The notes under the pieces are model-generated. The model saw only the letters and a program-made list of their open reading frames with translations. It made no database searches and was not told where the DNA came from. A program made the translations under genes and the position numbers. A stretch of DNA of 5,454 nucleotides from Adineta vaga (taxonomy: Eukaryota), in assembly GCA_000513175.1 (NCBI GenBank), contig HG381679.1, forward strand, positions 27,588 to 33,041. The letters are read 5' to 3'. Positions 1 through 5,454 of the stretch are shown piece by piece (positions within the stretch are counted from its first letter, which is position 1; every line of letters starts with the position of its first letter).

Positions 1-170
1 TGTGGACGAGTAAAGCTTGCATGACCATCATCGTCTTTACGATGTTCGTACAAGATCACCAACTTGTTATGCTCAATACGAACCTTCTTGTATTGAGCAT
101 TGGTCCGTGCTTCACCACGAGCACCATCAGCCCTACTTCCGTTTGAAGCAGCACCATTAAATCCATATCG
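1..170 (-). CDS. Possible partial coding exon of unknown protein, truncated by the window edge
   Basis: The minus strand is open in one frame from the edge up to about 194. Conceptual translation after a possible acceptor (TTCTCAG|CGATAT) is RYGFNGAASNGSRADGARGEARTNAQYKKVRIEHNKLVILYEHRKDDDGHASFTRP. The composition is less AT-rich than the neighbouring DNA. No domain recognised. Confidence 0.3.
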
Positions 171-983
171 CTGAGAACATCGACTTACTTTAGGTCATTT
201 TCTTAATATGAATGAAGAAAAAAAAAAGATTCTCTGCTTCTTCGACTTTATATTCCTTCTCTCTCTTTTATTTCTTTCCTTTGGTATTTTTTCCAGAACA
301 AATGTTCTGTTTCTTCTTTCTATACATTGATCAAAAATCTTCTTCGCTTTGTACGTGACCAATATGTATAGAATGCATGAAATAAAACTATGAAGAAAAT
401 ATTCACATGTTTTTGAATTCTCGATATACCAATATCAAAACTCATCATACATCTATGGATTATGAAAATATATCTTTTTCTAGTGTATCCAGACACTCAC
501 AAGCCAACGGAATCTACAATAAAAAACAGTATATAACGGTTCATTCTATATTTTGAATATAACAAACATTCATAGGATGCTAGTCTTTGATCAAGAATCA
601 ATTGAGATCAACGATAAAGTACTGCAAGTTACAAAAAAAAATAAACTAGTCTCGCAAAGAACATAAAAGTACCATAAAATAAATCCTTTACAATCATCCA
701 TCATCAAACTACATCAAATACTCCAAGCAAACTGAATAACGCCATCCAAACCAACAGCCAGAGTTCAAATGACAGAATCCATCCAAATTCTCAGCAACAA
801 ACCGACTACACCATACAACAGCATCAATCAATCCAAAACTAAGGTCTGATTTAATCAAACCAACATACTTCGTCTTAATTCACAGCAGTGATAACAGTAT
901 ATTTCGTTCGAAAATGATTGAATTAAGTTGTTTTTGACTTTTTAAGTTGAAAATAATCTAGTTTTGATCGTTTTTGACTGAGA

Positions 984-1028
984 AGCCATCTGATGAGATC
1001 CGTAGCGGGATCGAAACGCGTCATGGCT
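984..1028 (+). ncRNA. Type I hammerhead ribozyme (Penelope-like element / Terminon type, minimal stem III)
   Basis: Stem I AGCCAU (984-989) pairs with AUGGCU (1023-1028). Core CUGAUGA is at 990-996. Stem II GAUCC (997-1001) pairs with GGAUC (1008-1012), with loop GUAGCG. Core GAAA is at 1013-1016, followed by CGCG and U1021-C1022 (GUC cleavage triplet). All invariant core positions are present. Predicted cleavage is between 1022 and 1023. Confidence 0.93.
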
Positions 1029-1034
1029 GCTAGA

Positions 1035-1063
1035 CCACACCCACACCCACCCCACACCCACCC
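1035..1063 (+). repeat. Short C-rich telomere-type tract (CCCACA)n, reverse complement of bdelloid TGTGGG repeats
   Basis: Sequence ccacacccacacccaccccacacccaccc, located 6 nt after the 3' strand of hammerhead stem I. Confidence 0.9.
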
Positions 1064-1527
1064 TTCGTGTCGACTAAATTTTTTTCCATTTAACATTTTC
1101 GTTAAGATCTAGTAGTTGTGCATAATTAGATGTGGAATAGCTTTCAAAACTTTTCACTATGGTTCGATAAAGCATGTCAAGCTATGCAAGAATTTAAATA
1201 TCAGCATTTTTCCTGATCATGTTTCTTCTGTAAAAGTTAGAGATAAGTAAAACGAGTCGTAAAAGTTTTATATATTGTGTACTAAAGAAAAGAATGCTTA
1301 ATTTTTCATACGTTTAATCAATCGACAGGTGACCATGTTTGTGCACCTTAAAAAAAACCTTTTCATTTATAATATGTAATAAAGCATCTTAAAACATAAA
1401 ATAATAGACAGAACAATCGATGTATCAAATTTATTGAGAATTATGTATGCTCTGCCATGCATGATGTGTTAGATTTTTGTTAGTCTGTCTTCTTTCTTTC
1501 GGCATTTGTATTCAGAAAAGAACGAAT

Positions 1528-1867
1528 AGGACACCGCGGAATAAGACCGTAAATCTGCCACCCCCTAGATCTTATTTTCTCTCGGATAGAATGATAGAGC
1601 ATAAAATTCTGCACATTTTGGTATATTTAGTTTTTTTCTAAAATGAAGCAAAAACAATTTTTTAGGAACTAAACAGTTTTAGGAAGTCTATCACTTTTGG
1701 GTATTCGAATAAAAAAGTAGGGTACGTGTGATTTTTTCTATTATACGCTCAATTTGAAATCTAATACTATACGTCGATGTAGTTTTTCCTGCTCTATAAA
1801 ATAACATAAGATCATAGCTATCATTATTATCTCTCTTAGAATTGCTATGGACATAAAAGTATGAATA
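1528..1867 (+). repeat. Left 340-bp inverted-repeat arm
   Basis: Begins aggacaccgcggaataagaccgtaaatctgcc and ends ggacataaaagtatgaata. Reverse complement of 2174-2513. Confidence 0.96.
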
Positions 1868-2173
1868 ATTCGTACTAGAATGAAACTTTAGTTTAGATTG
1901 TCATGATGCTGACTGTGACTATAAATGATCCATACCCGCTCTGATCCTCTATCGATAATCTATCGTTACCTATTACTATATCCATACTTATGTAGAACGA
2001 ATAGGCAAGAGATAAATAAAGATATCATATTAGTGGAATGGCTTTTTGGCAGTGCATTTGCGCAATCAAACCGCCGAATGTTGTACTGTCCGCATAAAAA
2101 ATCAAATATTTTCTGCTTTTCGAAGCAGTTTCAAATGAAAACTTAGAAGAATATTATGACAAGCCCTGTCAAA

Positions 2174-2513
2174 TATTCATACTTTTATGTCCATAGCAAT
2201 TCTAAGAGAGATAATAATGATAGCTATGATCTTATGTTATTTTATAGAGCAGGAAAAACTACATCGACGTATAGTATTAGATTTCAAATTGAGCGTATAA
2301 TAGAAAAAATCACACGTACCCTACTTTTTTATTCGAATACCCAAAAGTGATAGACTTCCTAAAACTGTTTAGTTCCTAAAAAATTGTTTTTGCTTCATTT
2401 TAGAAAAAAACTAAATATACCAAAATGTGCAGAATTTTATGCTCTATCATTCTATCCGAGAGAAAATAAGATCTAGGGGGTGGCAGATTTACGGTCTTAT
2501 TCCGCGGTGTCCT
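2174..2513 (-). repeat. Right 340-bp inverted-repeat arm
   Basis: Begins tattcatacttttatgtcc and ends ggcagatttacggtcttattccgcggtgtcct. Reverse complement of 1528-1867. Confidence 0.96.
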
Positions 2514-2795
2514 TTTTTGTGAATTGGATATTTTGGTTGAGCTTGTCGACCTCTATTTAACCATATAAAAACATGTATTAAAAATCCATAGCTGAGACGG
2601 CTTTGACTATCCAAACATGCACGATAAAAAAAGCTTACTCGATGTATAATGATACATCCTTTAATGTTATGAATCTCACTAAAATATTCAAATTTTAACA
2701 TAACTAAATCAATTATCATACTTTTTCTATCAATATCTTTTGTATTTTTTACTCTAAATTGATACTTTCTTGAGGGCGGGTGTCATTAATATTCA

Positions 2796-2801
2796 TTTAT
2801 T
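2796..2801 (-). promoter_or_regulatory. Candidate polyadenylation signal AATAAA for the cathepsin-like gene
   Basis: The + strand reads tttatt, so AATAAA is on the minus strand about 45 nt downstream of the TAA stop. The region is AT-rich, so chance occurrence is possible. Confidence 0.4.
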
Positions 2802-2846
2802 ATAAATAAAGACAAAATCATTGATTAATCTCTATTCGATATGATT

Positions 2847-4088
2847 TTAACATAGAATTGGATAACTTGGTTGTGTAGCAACAGCACATTGATTATTTTT
2901 ATTCCGTACCATTTTAACATAACCTTTTTCACCCCAATCCGTAGTCCAACTAAAATAAAAATACAAATTATTTCAAATCAATAATATTATAATTACCTAT
3001 TTTTCAAAAGCCAATAATCTTTCCCAGATTCATTTCCATAACCAATAACAAAAATACCATGATCAGGAAAGTCTGGTCTACATTGTGGCTCATCATAAAC
3101 TATAAAAATAACAAAATTGTACAAAAGAATTCTTTAATCAAAATGATATTTACCACCACTTTTATACAATTGAAATGAAGTATGACCTGCATCAACAGAA
3201 GTTGCTATTGGTCCAATGAAAGCTGTAGCTTGTTGAAGAGCAGTTTCATTACCCGATGGAAGTTCAACATATCCACAGACTTTAACAATAACATTTGATG
3301 TATTAAATGTACATGTATTTTCTTTCGCATTATATGGATAAGTTTTATCAGATTGAATACCACCAGCGTCTTTCAGATATTGAAAAGATTGATTCATTAA
3401 ACCACCTTGACAACCCATATTACCGTATTTAGTTGAACAATCAACTAATTGTTGTTCTGAAAATGAAATACGTTCTCCTGTTTTAATTGCATAAAGACCT
3501 TCAATTGAACCAACTGCTGAAAATGCCCATGATGAACCACATTGACCTTGATTTTTAACAGGAACTACAGCACCTCTATCACGCCAATCTATTAATAAAT
3601 AGAAATAAACAATAAGAAGTCATCAACATTAAATTCTTCATACCAACAGTATCGGGAATTTCAATATTAGAATTTATTATAAATTTTTGACCTTGTTTTT
3701 GATTATTTTCATTATGAAAATTCTTTAATAAATTAACAAATTCTTTATTTGTCTATAATAGAAAAATTATAAAATGAATATCTAAATAATAAAAATCATT
3801 ACTAAATCAGCAAATTGATTCATTCCAAGTCGATATGAATGAAGACCAAGATCAGCTTGATGATTATGTTCTTCTACTAATTCCAAATTTTTCCTCCAAA
3901 TCATTCGACTAAACCACATATCAACATATAAAATTTTCATACAATAAAATTTCTTACCGAAGATGTTCTTCACTACTTGTATAACTTTTATTAAATTGAT
4001 TTTTCCATAATTTCCATTGTCGTTTATTATGAGCCCATGTGTTGCTCAAAGCAAAAACAATAAGTAAAACAATTATTATTGATCGCAT
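2847..4088 (-). CDS. Papain-family (C1A) cathepsin L-like protein with catalytic Cys->Ser substitution; six exons, 328 aa
   Basis: Exons on the minus strand: 4088-3958, 3908-3803, 3752-3644, 3588-3154, 3099-2997, 2949-2847. All five introns are GT-AG (49, 50, 55, 54 and 47 bp) with consistent phases, and the total is 987 nt including TAA. Translation: MRSIIIVLLIVFALSNTWAHNKRQWKLWKNQFNKSYTSSEEHLRRMIWRKNLELVEEHNHQADLGLHSYRLGMNQFADLTNKEFVNLLKNFHNENNQKQGQKFIINSNIEIPDTVDWRDRGAVVPVKNQGQCGSSWAFSAVGSIEGLYAIKTGERISFSEQQLVDCSTKYGNMGCQGGLMNQSFQYLKDAGGIQSDKTYPYNAKENTCTFNTSNVIVKVCGYVELPSGNETALQQATAFIGPIATSVDAGHTSFQLYKSGVYDEPQCRPDFPDHGIFVIGYGNESGKDYWLLKNSWTTDWGEKGYVKMVRNKNNQCAVATQPSYPILC*. It has a signal peptide, an ERFNIN-like I29 propeptide helix (E-R-W-N-V-N), GxNxFxD (GMNQFAD), NQGQCG, SEQxLVDC, GCxGG, DHG and KNSW. 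Confidence 0.93.
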
Positions 4089-4971
4089 CTAAATATTTCA
4101 TTACAATGAAGAAAAATTTTATTTGTGCGTGTACGCACCTTTTGTTAATAATAAAAATGATCTTATCATTAATAAGCATTTTTTTATCTCAATGCAGTGT
4201 CATTTTTTCGTTGATATGATGTTGTTAGTTTTTTTCTTCAATTTTTGTCTCATCATCAATATAAGTTATTGAAATATTTTTACTATTATAAACGACTACA
4301 GTTCCCGCTGCAAATTATAAAATAGCTACAAAGAAAATATCGCAAATTGAAAAAACGACAGGAGATGTATTTGTGTATATCATAAACACTGAAATACTAC
4401 TTGATTCATTTTTTTTCTATTTTAGTTTCTCAGAACTATTAATTAAAATTATTCTTTAATCGTAGTTTATCCTCAACTTTTCGTCATCATTCCCACTTTT
4501 ATTCTTTAACTTTAATCTGATCGTCACCCAAAGGATTATCCTACATTCTCACTCATACTACTGCGTTGTAGAAATTTATTATTGTCACACAATTTTTATT
4601 AATTGAGTTACATAAATTTCATTCATCAAATTACACATTGGATTGAGTATGCAGTTACCTATTCAACGAATGAATTAAGTTCAATTACAAACATCAGTAA
4701 TTCAATCATGAAAAGAACAAGATATAGAAAACACTCATCAAATTTCCACGTGACGAATAAGAAGTTTAAAGTTGCTTTTCGATTTTCTCTTTTTCCGTCA
4801 TCATTTCTATATATTTTTGTGAATTGTTTTCTTGTCTCTTTCTCTACAATTATAGTCAGAGTAATAATTATAAACGCTCAGGAGCGCGTCTAATCTGAGT
4901 GAGGAGGTGTGTCAACATCCTTAGAAATATTCCCTCTACTGAAAGGAGGGTATGTACGAAAAGTAGTTAAA

Positions 4972-4998
4972 GTTCGTTCGTTTGTCCGTTCGTCCGTC
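4972..4998 (+). repeat. Short degenerate tetranucleotide repeat (GTYC)n
   Basis: gttc gttc gttt gtcc gttc gtcc gtc. Confidence 0.75.
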
Positions 4999-5056
4999 AC
5001 AACATTGTTACATATTGTATATAGTAAAACTATTCCTGAATATTTTCATAAAAGGG

Positions 5057-5225
5057 TTGACCGAAGGGTACTCGAGGTTGAGGATCACGAATATGATGTT
5101 AGTTTTAACTCATTATTAACTAATTATTTAACTGATCATTAATTATTAATATTTTGTATAAAACTTGACCAAAGGGTAATCGGGGTCGAGGAACACGAAT
5201 ATGATGTTAGTTTTAACTAATTATT
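5057..5225 (+). repeat. Imperfect direct repeat, two copies of about 61 bp at 108-bp spacing
   Basis: Copy 1 (5057-5117): ttgaccgaagggtactcgaggttgaggatcacgaatatgatgttagttttaactcattatt. Copy 2 (5165-5225): ttgaccaaagggtaatcggggtcgaggaacacgaatatgatgttagttttaactaattatt, about 90% identical. Confidence 0.85.
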
Positions 5226-5310
5226 GAGGGTGAGGGTGTGGGTGTGGGTGGGTGTGTGTGGGTGTGGGTGGGTGGGTGAGGGTGGGTGGGTGTGTGTGTG
5301 GGTGTGGGTG
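5224..5310 (+). repeat. G-rich degenerate telomere-type array (TGTGGG/TGGG/TGAGGG)n
   Basis: ttgagggtgagggtgtgggtgtgggtgggtgtgtgtgggtgtgggtgggtgggtgagggtgggtggg... The unit matches the bdelloid telomere repeat TGTGGG with TGGG and TG variants. Confidence 0.88.
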
Positions 5311-5335
5311 TAGACGAATGACAGATCTACACCTC

Positions 5336-5454
5336 TACCCTCACCCACACCCCACACCCACACCCCCACCCACACCCACACCCCACCCACACCCACACCC
5401 CACCCACACCCACACCCACCCACACCCACACCCCACCCACACCCACACCCTCAA
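5336..5454 (-). repeat. C-rich degenerate telomere-type array (CCCACA)n, inverted relative to the preceding G-rich array; continues to the window end
   Basis: ctacccctcacccacaccccacacccacaccc...cccacacccacaccctcaa type sequence. Its reverse complement also begins ttgagggtgtgggtgtgggtggg, mirroring the start of the G-rich arm. Confidence 0.88.

Larger units (their letters stand above)
1..1063 (+). mobile_element. Probable 3'-terminal non-coding part of a Terminon/Athena-like Penelope-like retroelement; 5' limit unknown
   Basis: Inferred from the hammerhead followed by the C-rich telomere-complementary tract. No RT or other PLE coding region is visible in this window, so the left extent is arbitrary. 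Confidence 0.5.
1528..2513. mobile_element. Foldback / long-terminal-inverted-repeat element, non-autonomous
   Basis: Left arm 1528-1867 and right arm 2174-2513 (340 bp each) are reverse complements with no mismatch found by reading. Termini are AGGACACCGCGGAATAAGACCG...CGGTCTTATTCCGCGGTGTCCT. There is no convincing ORF and no clear target-site duplication. Confidence 0.85.

Noticed and set aside
930-979. Repeated gtttttgact (930-939 and 970-979) just upstream of the hammerhead
   Set aside because: T-rich 10-mer pair, insufficient to call a structured repeat or pseudo-LTR component.
1519-2005. 12-bp direct match agaacgaatagg at 1519-1530 (left edge of the foldback) and 1994-2005 (spacer)
   Set aside because: Considered as a target-site duplication or template-switch trace. 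A 12-mer match is roughly expected once by chance in AT-rich 5.4 kb, and it is not at the opposite element edge.
1925-2146. 73-aa + strand ORF in the foldback spacer
   Set aside because: Short, no recognisable motif, and likely a chance ORF. It could only be rescued by conservation among element copies.
2156-2350. 64-aa + strand ORF
   Set aside because: Lies almost wholly within the right arm of the inverted repeat. Composition reflects AT-rich DNA and there is no recognisable domain.
2489-2719. 76-aa minus-strand ORF
   Set aside because: Crosses the boundary of the inverted-repeat arm, lacks domain signal and is probably chance.
4125-4138. GTGCGT-GT-ACGCAC inverted repeat upstream of the cathepsin-like gene
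   Set aside because: Only 6-bp arms. Could be a regulatory palindrome, but there is no support without conservation.
4603-4893. 96-aa + strand ORF with a hydrophobic C-terminal segment (SLFPSSFLYIFVNCFLVSFSTIIVRVIII)
   Set aside because: AT-rich sequence readily yields hydrophobic F/I/L codons. No signal peptide plus domain architecture or recognised homologue, so not called without expression or conservation.
4909-5142. 77-aa + strand ORF
   Set aside because: Runs through the GTYC microsatellite and one copy of the direct repeat, and the second copy does not preserve an equivalent ORF in context.
5311-5335. Searched the array centre and both strands around the right-hand C-rich/G-rich arrays for a second hammerhead core
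   Set aside because: No CUGAUGA or GAAA core found, so the right-hand arrays cannot be assigned to a Terminon 3' end on this evidence.
5217-5429. 70-aa minus-strand ORF MGVGGCGCGWGVGVGG...
   Set aside because: Low-complexity translation of the telomere-type G/C arrays with no protein-like character beyond the repeat.

Overview
The window looks like subtelomeric or subtelomere-like DNA from a bdelloid rotifer. This rests on very short introns (47-55 bp), TGTGGG/CCCACA telomere-type repeats and a Terminon/Athena-like 3' junction; it is an inference, not confirmed by search. Main contents: (1) A near-textbook type I hammerhead ribozyme on the + strand (984-1028), six nt upstream of a C-rich (CCCACA)-type tract (1035-1063). 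This matches the architecture known for the 3' ends of bdelloid telomere-attaching Penelope-like elements (Terminons/Athena). (2) A 986-bp foldback structure (1528-2513) made of two 340-bp arms that I read as identical, around a 306-bp spacer. (3) A complete six-exon papain-family (C1A, cathepsin L-like) gene on the - strand (4088 down to 2847, 328 aa). Its catalytic Cys is replaced by Ser (GQCGSSWAFS) while His, Asn, the oxyanion Gln and the propeptide motifs are retained, so it is a pseudoprotease or silicatein/testin-like homologue. (4) A 108-bp-period imperfect direct repeat (5057-5225). (5) A head-to-head G-rich/C-rich TGTGGG-type array (about 5224-5454) in telomere-fusion orientation. 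The short ORFs in the supplied track outside the cathepsin exons are probably spurious.
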